DNA of 42,267 nt from Thermoanaerobaculia bacterium (GTDB lineage: Bacteria; Acidobacteriota; Thermoanaerobaculia; Gp7-AA8): assembly GCA_023700825.1 (NCBI GenBank), contig JAMPYE010000002.1:1-42267 (forward strand), written 5' to 3'. A model generated the notes under the pieces. The model made no database searches and was not told the origin of the DNA. It was given only the letters and a program-made list of their open reading frames with translations. The position numbers were made by a program, and so were the translations under genes. Shown here one piece after another: positions 1 through 7,811 of the stretch; the first letter of the stretch is position 1, and the number at the start of each line of letters is the position of its first letter.

Positions 1-1532
1 GGAAAGTAGACGAGCGGGGCGACGAGCAGGGCGCGAACGACGCGTCCCGCGTTTTCCGAGCCCGCGCCTCCGGAGGCGAGAGTGGCGATCGCCAGCGCGC
101 CGAAGACGAGGGCGAGCGGCAGACCTCCCGTCCGTCCTCCGAGCGCGATCGCGACGACAGCGGCGATGGCCGGGACCGCCGCTGCAACGGCCAGGGACAC
201 TCCCCGAAAACGTGTGCGCGCCAGTTGAACCAGCGCCCAACCCAGGAGCACGATCGAGAGGAACAGCAGCAGCTGCGCCGCCCCCGACGGGAGGATCTTC
301 TCGGGGAGCGGCGTGACGCGCGCGTTGGCCGTGATGTTCGCCACGAGTCGCTGGAAGGCGACCGCGGCGGGAACGGCGACGACCAGGGGCATCGCCGCCA
401 GGACGCGGTTTCCGCTCGTGCGCGCGAGGCGCGCGAGAAGGAAGACGATCCAGAACAGTGCGAGCGCTGTCGCGGCGAGGTCGAATGGCGACGCCATGAA
501 CGGGCCGGCGAAGCGGGAACCGAAGGACTCGAAGCCGAATACGGGATCGTCGGCGCCTCCCCCGCGAACGCCGAGAAGGGCGACGCGAACGGCTGCGATC
601 GCGATCGCTGCGCAGAGCGCGTCGACGGGAAGGCCGGCGCCGGCGTCCCGGCGCGCGAAGAAGAGCGCCAGCGCGGCGAAGGCGAGGGCCGCGATCGCGG
701 CGGCGGTCGAGCGTCCGGCCGCGCGGATCTCCCCGAGGACGACCGTCTTCAGTTCGGGGGTCAGGTCGAGGAACAGCCTGCGCTCGTTGCCCAGCCTGAA
801 TCGGCGCGATCCGGGCGGCAGCGGTGTCGAGCCGTCGTTGAAGGCCGAAGCGGAAATCCAGCCGCTTGGTTTTCCGAGCAGCGTGGTCGCGGGGTCGGTG
901 CCGGCATTCTTGATTCGCCGGAAGACGAGAACCTCGAGCTCGTTGGCGCCCGACCCGACCTTGCGGGTCTCGAAGACCTGGACGCCGGTGACGGAAAACG
1001 AGGGAGAGCCGGGCCCGATGCGACGCGGCTCGTCGCCCCACCATGCGATCAGCTTTCCGGAGGCCGATATGCGCGCGCCGCGCCGGGGGAGGACGAGCTC
1101 GCGGCCGAGCAGGTCGAACATCGCGAGGCGGTCGGACGCAGCGATTCCGCGAAGTCCGGTTGCGATCCGGTCGGCGTCGGCACCGAGCGACTGCTCGATG
1201 GAGTCGATCCTCACCGCGACGAGCTGAGCACGCGCTGTGAGGCGCGCCGTCGATGCCGCGTCGAACGTGCGATCGATGCGCTCCACGGCAACCGCGGTGA
1301 CGAGCAGGGTCGCTCCCGTTGCGGCGATTGCGAGGGAGAAGAGGCGCAAAAGCCGGGAAGTTGCCAGAACGGCGGCGAGAGCGGCGAAGGCTAGAGCGGA
1401 TGCCGCGTACGCGATTCCGAGGCCGTGCAGTGCGAGGGTCGCGAGTGCGAGCCCTGCCGCTGCGCCCGCCGCGGCGAGCGATGCCTTCTCACGCGGCGTG
1501 CGCCGGTTGTCCCTCTCGCTCACGTCCCTCAC
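1..1532 (-). CDS. Integral membrane protein with sensor-like topology; 3' end lies beyond the window edge
   Basis: Absent from the ORF track because there is no stop in the window. My minus-strand translation is open from GTG 1532 (alternative GTG 1523) to position 1: VRDVSERDNRRTPREKASLAAAGAAAGLALATLALHGLGIAYAASALAFAALAAVLA... This is followed by a ~190-aa non-hydrophobic segment (RIDSIEQSLGADADRIATGLRGIA...GKLIAWWGDEPRRIGPGSPSF...) and at least six hydrophobic helices (FDLAATALALFWIVFLLARL, LLLFLSIVLLGWALVQL, LPLALVFGALAIATLA). The plus-strand track ORFs here (225..1394, 313..1227) are Arg/Ala-rich shadow frames. Family not recognised. Confidence 0.55.
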   Translation of the reverse strand, partial: MRDVSERDNRRTPREKASLAAAGAAAGLALATLALHGLGIAYAASALAFAALAAVLATSRLLRLFSLAIAATGATLLVTAVAVERIDRTFDAASTARLTARAQLVAVRIDSIEQSLGADADRIATGLRGIAASDRLAMFDLLGRELVLPRRGARISASGKLIAWWGDEPRRIGPGSPSFSVTGVQVFETRKVGSGANELEVLVFRRIKNAGTDPATTLLGKPSGWISASAFNDGSTPLPPGSRRFRLGNERRLFLDLTPELKTVVLGEIRAAGRSTAAAIAALAFAALALFFARRDAGAGLPVDALCAAIAIAAVRVALLGVRGGGADDPVFGFESFGSRFAGPFMASPFDLAATALALFWIVFLLARLARTSGNRVLAAMPLVVAVPAAVAFQRLVANITANARVTPLPEKILPSGAAQLLLFLSIVLLGWALVQLARTRFRGVSLAVAAAVPAIAAVVAIALGGRTGGLPLALVFGALAIATLASGGAGSENAGRVVRALLVAPLVYF

Positions 1533-1587
1533 TCGCCATGCGCGGCGCCGTGCGGGCCGCGAGATTCAATCCGACCTCGCGCGGGCC

Positions 1588-2022
1588 TCAGCGGCCGGCC
1601 GAGCGGATGGAGATGATCGACCAGCGGCCGCTCTTCTCCTGCAGGATCACGTAAACCTCGCGCTCCTCGGACGCTCCGCCCGGGCTGATCCGCCAGCTGC
1701 CCTTGATGTGGTACTGCTTCTCGGCGCTGACCTTGCGCGCGCTGTTCTGTTCGAAGCCGGAAGGCGACGCCTTGCGGAAGACGTCATCGAGCACGAGCGC
1801 CGCCTGGTCGGGTCCGAAGAAACCCGAGCGCTCCGCGAGCCCGGGGAACTGGAGCTCGATCTTGTCTCCGTCGCCGATTCCCGCGACCAGCGGACCGCTG
1901 TCCCCCTTCTCGAGGGCCGATCCGATTGCAGTCATGGCGTTGTCGAGATCGCCGTAGCCTCCGGCGAACGCAGCGACTGGAGCAAGTATCAGGGCGAAAG
2001 CGACAGCAATGGCTCGAAGCAT
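1588..2022 (-). CDS. Small secreted protein, possibly NTF2/SnoaL-like (DUF4783-type); family call tentative
   Basis: Track ORF 1588..2226 trimmed to the internal ATG at 2022, which is preceded by a GGGAGA RBS. The N-terminus MLRAIAVAFALILAPVAAFAGG is a signal peptide. The C-terminus YHIKGSWRI...VYVILQEKSGRWSIISIR resembles small cone-shaped-fold secreted proteins. Confidence 0.6.
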   Translation of the reverse strand: MLRAIAVAFALILAPVAAFAGGYGDLDNAMTAIGSALEKGDSGPLVAGIGDGDKIELQFPGLAERSGFFGPDQAALVLDDVFRKASPSGFEQNSARKVSAEKQYHIKGSWRISPGGASEEREVYVILQEKSGRWSIISIRSAGR

Positions 2023-2151
2023 TGGATTCTCCCGCCCATCATAACTCCGCAGGACGTCCGGATGTTTCGGGGAGAGAGATTTGGGCCCGATGGCCCACGA
2101 CAACGGTGGCTGAAGGAGTGGCGACTCCGGGAACGTCACAGGTTCGTGTGC

Positions 2152-2298
2152 GGAAACCGGAATGAAGAATGTCGAATGAAGAATGAGAAATGAAGAAGTA
2201 GGCCGAGTCCGCAGTCCCTTCAGCACCGTCCGGTCGCGGTCTCGCTCCCGGCGGCTTCATTCTGCATTCCGCATTTGACATTCTTCATTTCGGGTTCC
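2152..2298. repeat. Heptamer-periodic inverted repeat, GAATGAA type (arms 2152-2198 and 2255-2298, 56-nt GC-rich spacer)
   Basis: The left arm is GGAAACCGGAATGAAGAATGTCGAATGAAGAATGAGAAATGAAGAAG. The reverse complement of the right arm is GGAACCCGAAATGAAGAATGTCAAATGCGGAATGCAGAATGAAG. About 36/44 positions are complementary by hand alignment. Confidence 0.85.
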
Positions 2299-2340
2299 GG
2301 GCGTCGACATTGCGGGGGATTCAAGCCGGATGTCGTAACG

Positions 2341-2979
2341 TCATCCGCGTCGCATCGCCTCGAAGTCCTCCGGCAGCCGCGACTCGACGACGAGTGGCTG
2401 GCCGGTCGCGGGGTGGATCATTTCGATTCTGCGGGCGTGGAGCATCGGGCGCCCGCGGTCGCGGTCGCCGTAGAGCCAGTCGCCGACGAGCGGGTGGCCG
2501 ATCGCCGAGAGGTGGACCCGGATCTGGTGCGTCCGGCCGGTCAGAAGGTGGATCTCGACGAGCGAATGCGCGTCGCCTGGCTCGAGAGGGATGATCCGGG
2601 TCAGGGCGCGCTTTCCCTCGTCACGCACGCCAAAGTTGATCGCGCCGATGCGTGCGAGCGGCGCGTCGACGAGCTGCGGCTCCGCGAGACGGCCGACGCA
2701 GAACGCGGCGTAGATCTTCCTGATCCGCTTCGTCTCGAACTGCCGTGTGAGGCGCACGTTCATCTTCGACGACTTCGAGAAGAAGATGACGCCGGTGGTG
2801 CCGCGGTCGAGCCGCTGGAGGAGACACGTCTCCTCGCCCTTCGCGCCGAGGTAGTCGCGCACCAGGTCGAGCAGGATCGGCTCCTCCTGGTCGTACCCCC
2901 TCTGCACGACGATCCCCGCGGGTTTGTCGATGAAGAGGAGGAACTCGTCCTCGTGGAGGATGGTGAGCGTGGGGGGCAT
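2341..2979 (-). CDS. RluA-family pseudouridine synthase
   Basis: Motifs FIDKPAG, LLQRLDRGTTGVIFFSK (catalytic Asp motif) and LLTGRTHQIRVHL. ATG at 2979. Confidence 0.9.
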   Translation of the reverse strand: MPPTLTILHEDEFLLFIDKPAGIVVQRGYDQEEPILLDLVRDYLGAKGEETCLLQRLDRGTTGVIFFSKSSKMNVRLTRQFETKRIRKIYAAFCVGRLAEPQLVDAPLARIGAINFGVRDEGKRALTRIIPLEPGDAHSLVEIHLLTGRTHQIRVHLSAIGHPLVGDWLYGDRDRGRPMLHARRIEMIHPATGQPLVVESRLPEDFEAMRRG

Positions 2980-2992
2980 GGGGGCGTATTTG

Positions 2993-3200
2993 GTTGTTAG
3001 TTGTTAGTTTTTAGTTGTTAGAAAGCAGAGATTGACGACGGAGATGGCGGTTAGGGCGTTAAGACGCCCTGAAGTTAGAAGTTAGAAGTTAGAACGATGA
3101 ATGTTGAATCCAGAATTGTCCTCTTTCTGGATTCAACATTCATCGTTCTAACTTCTAACTTCAGGAAGTGCGTGTCTAACAACTAACAACTAACAACTAC
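2993..3200. repeat. Nested 208-nt palindromic element: (GTTGTTA)n ... AGAAGTT-type 40-bp hairpin ... (TAACAAC)n
   Basis: 2993-3021 reads GTTGTTAGTTGTTAGTTTTTAGTTGTTAG and pairs with 3176-3200 (CTAACAACTAACAACTAACAACTAC). The inner arms 3069-3115 and 3125-3164 are perfectly complementary over 40 nt, except for one extra GAAGTTA unit on the left. Confidence 0.9.
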
Positions 3201-3206
3201 CCCTCC

Positions 3207-4394
3207 CTACTCGTACAACAGCCACTCCTGCCGCGTCGCCGCAAACGCCGCAGCCTCGGTGCGGCCTTCGCGGATCCAGGCGTCGAGATCGCCTTCCTCA
3301 TCGACGATGACTCGGTAGGCCGGGTCGCCGGTGAGCAGGTCGATCGCGGGGTGATCGCTTACGTATTCGTAGACCTCGCGGCGCCAGGCGAAGGCGTCGG
3401 GGTCCTGATCGCGCGCGACCTTGATGCACCACAGGCCCGTGCGGTAAGGCTCGAAGCTGTCGCGGTCGGTCACGTGAAGCTGCACGCCGCCGCAGACCTT
3501 GCCCGCGTGCTTCTGAAACGTCGGTTTGAAGTAGTGCGGACGGAAGGCGACGCCGGGAAGTTCGAGCGCGTTCAGGTCGGCGGCGAGCGTGAACGGGTCG
3601 AGCCAGGGCGCGCCCCAGATCTCGAACGGCCGCGTCGTGCCCCGCCCTTCGGAGAGGTTGGTCCCTTCGACGAGGCACATGCCGGGATAGACGGTCGCCG
3701 TGTCGGGGGTCGGCATGTTCGGCGACGGAAGCACCCAGGGCAGCCCCGTGTCGTTCCACCACATCGAGCGGGTCCACCCGCGCATCGGCACGACGTGGAG
3801 GTCGATCTCGAGCCGGTCGTGCTTCTCGAAGAAGAGCGCGAGCTCGACCGCGGTCATGCCGTGCCGCACCGGGAGCGGGTACATGCCGACGAAGCTCGCG
3901 TAGTCGGGGTCGAGAACGTTCCCTTCGACCGCGAGACCGCCGAGCGGGTTGGGCCGGTCGAGCACGACGACGCGGAGCTTCTTCCGCGCTGCGACGCGCA
4001 TGCAGAGTGCCATCGTGCAGACGAAGGTGTAGTAACGCGAGCCGACGTCCTGCAGATCGATGACGAGGGCGCTGAGCCCGTCGAGGTCGCTCTCCGCGGG
4101 CGAGAGCTCGTCGAAAGTCTTTCCGTAGAGCGACTTCACGTCGAGTCCGGTGAGAGGGTCGATTGCGTGCTCGACGTGCGCCATGTCCTGCGCCTCGCCC
4201 CAGATGCCGTGCTCGGGGCCGAACAGCGCGGCGAGCGTCCATCGATCGTCGTCGATCAGGAGCTCGGCGGCGTGACGGAAGTCGCTCGTGATCGCCGCAT
4301 GATTCGTCACCAGCCCGAGGCGCCGTCCGACGATCGGGGCCGGGTCTTCGAGCAGGGCTTCGAGCCCCGTGAGAACTCTCGTGTCGCGTTTCAC
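3207..4394 (-). CDS. namZ: DUF1343 family protein (NamZ/YbbC-like exo-beta-N-acetylmuramidase family)
   Basis: Full-length similarity pattern to DUF1343: LGLVTNHAAI, LFGPEHG, LVIDLQDVGSRYYTF, VLDRPNPLGG, PLPVRHGMT, NMPTPDTA, EGTNLSEGRGTTRPFE. GTG start at 4394 overlaps the stop of the downstream gene (GTGA). Confidence 0.85.
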   Translation of the reverse strand: MKRDTRVLTGLEALLEDPAPIVGRRLGLVTNHAAITSDFRHAAELLIDDDRWTLAALFGPEHGIWGEAQDMAHVEHAIDPLTGLDVKSLYGKTFDELSPAESDLDGLSALVIDLQDVGSRYYTFVCTMALCMRVAARKKLRVVVLDRPNPLGGLAVEGNVLDPDYASFVGMYPLPVRHGMTAVELALFFEKHDRLEIDLHVVPMRGWTRSMWWNDTGLPWVLPSPNMPTPDTATVYPGMCLVEGTNLSEGRGTTRPFEIWGAPWLDPFTLAADLNALELPGVAFRPHYFKPTFQKHAGKVCGGVQLHVTDRDSFEPYRTGLWCIKVARDQDPDAFAWRREVYEYVSDHPAIDLLTGDPAYRVIVDEEGDLDAWIREGRTEAAAFAATRQEWLLYE

Positions 4395-4903
4395 TTTGAT
4401 GCTCCGGGATGATCTTCGACGTGCGCTCCCTCGAGGAGAACGAGAGTGTGGCCGAGCAGGTGGACCACGGCCTCGAGATTCTCGATCGCTCCCTTCGGGC
4501 TTCCCGGGACGTTGACAATCAGCGCGTTGCCGCGCGTCGCGGCCTGCGCGCGGGAGAGGGTCGCGAGCGGGGTCTTCTCGAGCGAGCGCATCCGCATCAA
4601 CTCGCCGAAGCCGTCGATCCGCCGGTCGGCAACGCGCATCGTCGCCTCCGGCGTGACGTCCCGCGGCGCAATCCCGGTTCCTCCGGTCGTCACGACGAGC
4701 CGCCTCTCGCCGATGTCGATCGCCGAGGCGATCGCGTCGGAAATCTCCTGCACGGAGTCGGGGACGATCTCGACGCGATCGACCCGGAACCCGTGCCGTT
4801 CGAGGAACTCGCGTACCGCCGGGCCGGAGCCGTCGGTGCGCTCACCGCGGACGGCGGAATCGCTGCAGGTGATCACGCGGGCCTTGATGCCTGGTTTGTC
4901 CAT
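4391..4903 (-). CDS. mog: Molybdenum cofactor biosynthesis protein MogA/MoaB family (molybdopterin adenylyltransferase)
   Basis: 170 aa with motifs VVTTGGTGIAPRDVTPEAT and NVPGSPKGA. ATG at 4903. Confidence 0.85.
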   Translation of the reverse strand: MDKPGIKARVITCSDSAVRGERTDGSGPAVREFLERHGFRVDRVEIVPDSVQEISDAIASAIDIGERRLVVTTGGTGIAPRDVTPEATMRVADRRIDGFGELMRMRSLEKTPLATLSRAQAATRGNALIVNVPGSPKGAIENLEAVVHLLGHTLVLLEGAHVEDHPGASK

Positions 4904-4923
4904 GTGCGGTCAATTCTTGCACA

Positions 4924-4984
4924 GGCGAAAGGCGAGAGGCGAAAGGCGAGAGGCAGGCCATTGGCCTTTGGCCTGCCTTTCGCC
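4924..4984. repeat. (GGCGARA)x4 array fused to a 16-bp hairpin
   Basis: GGCGAAA GGCGAGA GGCGAAA GGCGAGA at 4924-4951. The stem 4945-4960 pairs with 4969-4984 with 1 mismatch. The right arm overlaps the aldo/keto reductase stop codon (4984-4986). Confidence 0.85.
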
Positions 4985-5859
4985 TACTTCGCCGTCGAGA
5001 ACGTAGCCGCGTCGATTCGCGCGACCTGCTCCTGAGACAGGTCGACGAGCATCGCGCGAGCGCTGTCGAGTGCGTGCTCGATCCGGCTCGCGCCGGGAAT
5101 CGGAACGACGGTCGCCCCTTTTGCGCGCGTCCAGGCGAGGGTCACGGCTGCGGGGGAGACGCCGAGCTCGCGGCCGATCGCGACGAGCGCAGGGATCGAG
5201 CCGATCCGCGCCGAGAGCCGCTTCCCGCCGAGCGGGCTGTACGCGAGAAACGTGATGCTTGCGCGCGCGCACTCTTCGATGACTCCCTCGTCCGCGGCTT
5301 CGCGGAACCAGGGACTGAATCGGTTCTGCACGGAGACGATCGGGACGATCGTCTGGGCCGAGCGAAGCTGGGCCACCGAGACGTTGCTCAGGCCGACGTG
5401 CTCGATCTTCCCTTCGTCGCGAAGGCGCGCCAGCTGCTCGACGCTCGTCTCGAAGACGATATCGGGATCGGGCGAGTGGAGCTGGTAGAGCGTGATCTTC
5501 TCCGTGCGAAGCGCGCGAAGGCTCGCCTCGCAGGCGCGGCGGAGCGATCGCGGCGAGCCGTCGCAATGCCAGGCGCCTTTCGGCCGCCGCAGCCCTCCCT
5601 TCGTGGCGACCACGATCCCTTCGCGGTCGTCGCGCTCCTCGAGCACCGACGCGATCAGGGCCTCGTTGTGGCCGATGTCGTCGTCGTCGATGCAGTAGAC
5701 GTTCGCTGTGTCGATCAGCGTCATCCCGGCGTCGATTGCCGCATGGAGCACCCGCCGTGCGACCGCTTCGTCGGGACGTCCCTGGATGGAGAGAGGCATC
5801 GCCCCGAAGCCGTGGATCGGGATCGCGATTCCGGTCGTGCTGAGCTCGGTGGTTCTCAC
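4984..5859 (-). CDS. Aldo/keto reductase family oxidoreductase
   Basis: Motifs GFGAMPLS, IDTANVY, ATKGG, YQLHSPD, GLSNV, VQNRFS, AYSPLG. GTG start at 5859. Confidence 0.9.
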   Translation of the reverse strand: MRTTELSTTGIAIPIHGFGAMPLSIQGRPDEAVARRVLHAAIDAGMTLIDTANVYCIDDDDIGHNEALIASVLEERDDREGIVVATKGGLRRPKGAWHCDGSPRSLRRACEASLRALRTEKITLYQLHSPDPDIVFETSVEQLARLRDEGKIEHVGLSNVSVAQLRSAQTIVPIVSVQNRFSPWFREAADEGVIEECARASITFLAYSPLGGKRLSARIGSIPALVAIGRELGVSPAAVTLAWTRAKGATVVPIPGASRIEHALDSARAMLVDLSQEQVARIDAATFSTAK

Positions 5860-5869
5860 GCTCGATTCC

Positions 5870-7273
5870 TCACTCGAACCCCGGCGGCACGCGCCGGTGG
5901 AACGCGGTGGTCGTCTGCAGTTGTTCGCCTAACGCGATGACGTCGCGGTCGGCGAGCGGCGCGCCGACGATCTGGATCGACGTCGGCAGGCCGTGCAGCC
6001 CGGTGCCGTTCGGCATCGCGATCGCGGGGGCGCCCGCGAGATTCATCCCGCCGATCACCGACGGCCCGCTCTTCACCCCGGGGTATGCGTCGCGGAACTT
6101 CACGTCGACCGGCGGCGCGACCGTGGCGCGCGACGGCGCAGCGAGCATCGTCACTTTCGTCGTGAGCAGCTCGACGAGCGCGGCGCGGATTTTCTTCCGG
6201 ACGCGCATCGCGCGAAGGTAGTCGACCGCGAGCGTCGCCGCTCCCTCGTAGCCGCCGATGTGGTCGGCCGCGCAACGGAGCTCCTTCGCTTTTCCGGAAA
6301 CGAGCAGGTCCTCGAACGCGCTCGCGCCCTCGGCGTCGACGATCGTCGAGACGACGGGGCCGTAGGGAAGGTCGGGCAGCTCGATCTCGACGAGCTCGTG
6401 ACCGAGCGCCTCGAGCGCCTTCATCGACGCTTCGAAGTTCGCGCGAACCTCGGCCTGCACTCCCTCGTACGACGCCTCGATCACTCCGATTTTTCGTTTC
6501 GCCCGCTGGGGCTTCGCGCCCCAGGCGAGCTTCGCGGGAAGCGAGCTCTCGTCCTTCGGGTCACGTCCGGCGATGACGCCCATGACGAGCGCGCAGTCTG
6601 CAGCAGATCGCGTCATCGGCCCGAGCTTGTCGAGCGTCCAGGCGAGCGCCATCGCGCCGTGGCGGCTGACGATGCCGTAGGTCGGCCGGAAGCCGGTGAC
6701 GCCGGAGAAGGCGCACGGGGTGATGATCGACCCCGAGGTCTCGCTGCCGATCGCGAACGGGACGAGCGCCGCGCTGACGGCCGCGCCCGGGCCGCTCGAC
6801 GAGCCGCCCGACCAGTGCCCGGTGTTCCACGGCGACCTCCCGGGTCCGGTGAACGAAGCGTCGGCCGTGTCGTAGCCGAACCCGCCGGCGAGCTCGACCA
6901 TCGCGAGCTTCGCGCAGAGCACCGCGCCGGCCTCGCCGAGGCGACGGACGACTTCGGCGTCGAAATCGAAGACCTGGCCCCGATACGGCTCGGCGCCCCA
7001 GGTTGTCGGGATGCCTCTCGTCGCCAGGAGGTCTTTTACGCCATACGGAATGCCGTGCAGCGGCCCGCGCCATTTTCCCTTCGCGATCTCCGCGTCGGCG
7101 CGGCGCGCTTCCGACTCGGCACGCTCGCGTGTGACCGTGACGACCGCGCCGAGGGCGGTGCCGTGCTTCTCGAGTCGATCGAGATAGAAGCGCGTCAGCT
7201 CGAGCGAAGAAACTTCGCGCTTCCTGAGCGCCGCGCCCAGCTCGGCGAGCGTCGCGTAGGGGCTCACGCTCAT
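5870..7273 (-). CDS. Amidase (amidase-signature family)
   Basis: Motifs GIPYGVKD, GGSSSGPGAAV and GSETSGSIITP (AS signature, Ser-cisSer-Lys). There is no signal peptide. ATG at 7273 overlaps the upstream stop (ATGA). Confidence 0.9.
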   Translation of the reverse strand: MSVSPYATLAELGAALRKREVSSLELTRFYLDRLEKHGTALGAVVTVTRERAESEARRADAEIAKGKWRGPLHGIPYGVKDLLATRGIPTTWGAEPYRGQVFDFDAEVVRRLGEAGAVLCAKLAMVELAGGFGYDTADASFTGPGRSPWNTGHWSGGSSSGPGAAVSAALVPFAIGSETSGSIITPCAFSGVTGFRPTYGIVSRHGAMALAWTLDKLGPMTRSAADCALVMGVIAGRDPKDESSLPAKLAWGAKPQRAKRKIGVIEASYEGVQAEVRANFEASMKALEALGHELVEIELPDLPYGPVVSTIVDAEGASAFEDLLVSGKAKELRCAADHIGGYEGAATLAVDYLRAMRVRKKIRAALVELLTTKVTMLAAPSRATVAPPVDVKFRDAYPGVKSGPSVIGGMNLAGAPAIAMPNGTGLHGLPTSIQIVGAPLADRDVIALGEQLQTTTAFHRRVPPGFE

Positions 7274-7602
7274 CGCGGGCCTCCTTCGGCGAAGAAGATG
7301 CTGTCTGGCTCGTCGGCGTTGGTGAGCGTGACCGAGTGCATCGACTTCATGTAGCCGGCGGTGTCGTCGAGGTCCTTCTCGATCGTCCGCGTGTCGTCGG
7401 CGGTGAGGTGTTTGCCGTACCGGGCGCGGAGCAGCGCCGTCTGCGCTTCCGACTGGCGCAACGCGTCGGAGCCGGGTGGAGGCGGGGCGGGCGCGGGAGT
7501 TGGGGCCGGTGCGGTCTGCGCGGTCGCGTCGGAGACGATCAGTGGGGCCGCCGCGATCGCTGTCGCGGCGAGTTTCGCGAAATCACGGCGTGTGCGTTTC
7601 AT
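7270..7602 (-). CDS. Small twin-arginine (Tat) signal protein, translationally coupled to the amidase
   Basis: Track ORF 7270..8061 trimmed to ATG 7602. The N-terminus MKRTRRDFAKLAATAIAAAPLIV is a canonical Tat motif (RRDF plus h-region). This is followed by a Pro/Ala linker and a ~60-aa C-terminal domain. The rest of the track ORF is an Arg-rich shadow frame running over repeats. Confidence 0.7.
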   Translation of the reverse strand: MKRTRRDFAKLAATAIAAAPLIVSDATAQTAPAPTPAPAPPPPGSDALRQSEAQTALLRARYGKHLTADDTRTIEKDLDDTAGYMKSMHSVTLTNADEPDSIFFAEGGPR

Positions 7603-7629
7603 GGTGGGGAGATTGTGGCGCACGGGGGA

Positions 7630-7659
7630 GGCGAAAGGCGAGAGGCGAGGGGGCGAGGG
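7630..7659. repeat. (GGCGARR) heptamer array
   Basis: GGCGAAA GGCGAGA GGCGAGG G GGCGAGG, immediately upstream (minus sense) of the Tat-protein start at 7602. Confidence 0.75.
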
Positions 7660-7666
7660 TTGCCTA

Positions 7667-7787
7667 GTGTGGCGCAGGCACTCCTGCCTGCGCGTCGCCC
7701 CGCACAGCGGGGCGACCGTATTCTGTGGGATGAGCCGAAAGCGGCGGCGCTCCGCGCCGCGCGCAGACAGGAGTGTCTGCGCCACAC
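7667..7787. repeat. 121-nt structured inverted-repeat element (28-nt arms, 26/28 match) enclosing two GC hairpins
   Basis: The arms are 7667-7694 GTGTGGCGCAGGCACTCCTGCCTGCGCG and 7760-7787 CGCGCAGACAGGAGTGTCTGCGCCACAC. The internal hairpins are GTCGCCCCGC-aca-GCGGGGCGAC (7694-7716) and GCGGCGC-tcc-GCGCCGC. Confidence 0.8.
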
Positions 7788-7811
7788 GCGGTGGCGCTTT
7801 CGCACTCCAAA

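Noticed and set aside
225-1394. Long plus-strand track ORFs (225..1394, 313..1227, 1237..2193) covering the first 2 kb
   Set aside because: Their translations are Arg/Ala/Gly/Glu-rich with no hydrophobic core or motifs. This is typical of shadow frames in high-GC DNA. The opposite strand gives a coherent membrane protein that is open to the window edge.
7694-7716. GTCGCCCCGCACAGCGGGGCGAC resembles the stem-loop architecture of type I-E CRISPR repeats (GT..CCCCGC-loop-GCGGGG..)
   Set aside because: There is only one copy, no spacer-repeat periodicity and no cas genes in the window. It is shorter than I-E repeats and is embedded in a larger inverted-repeat element.
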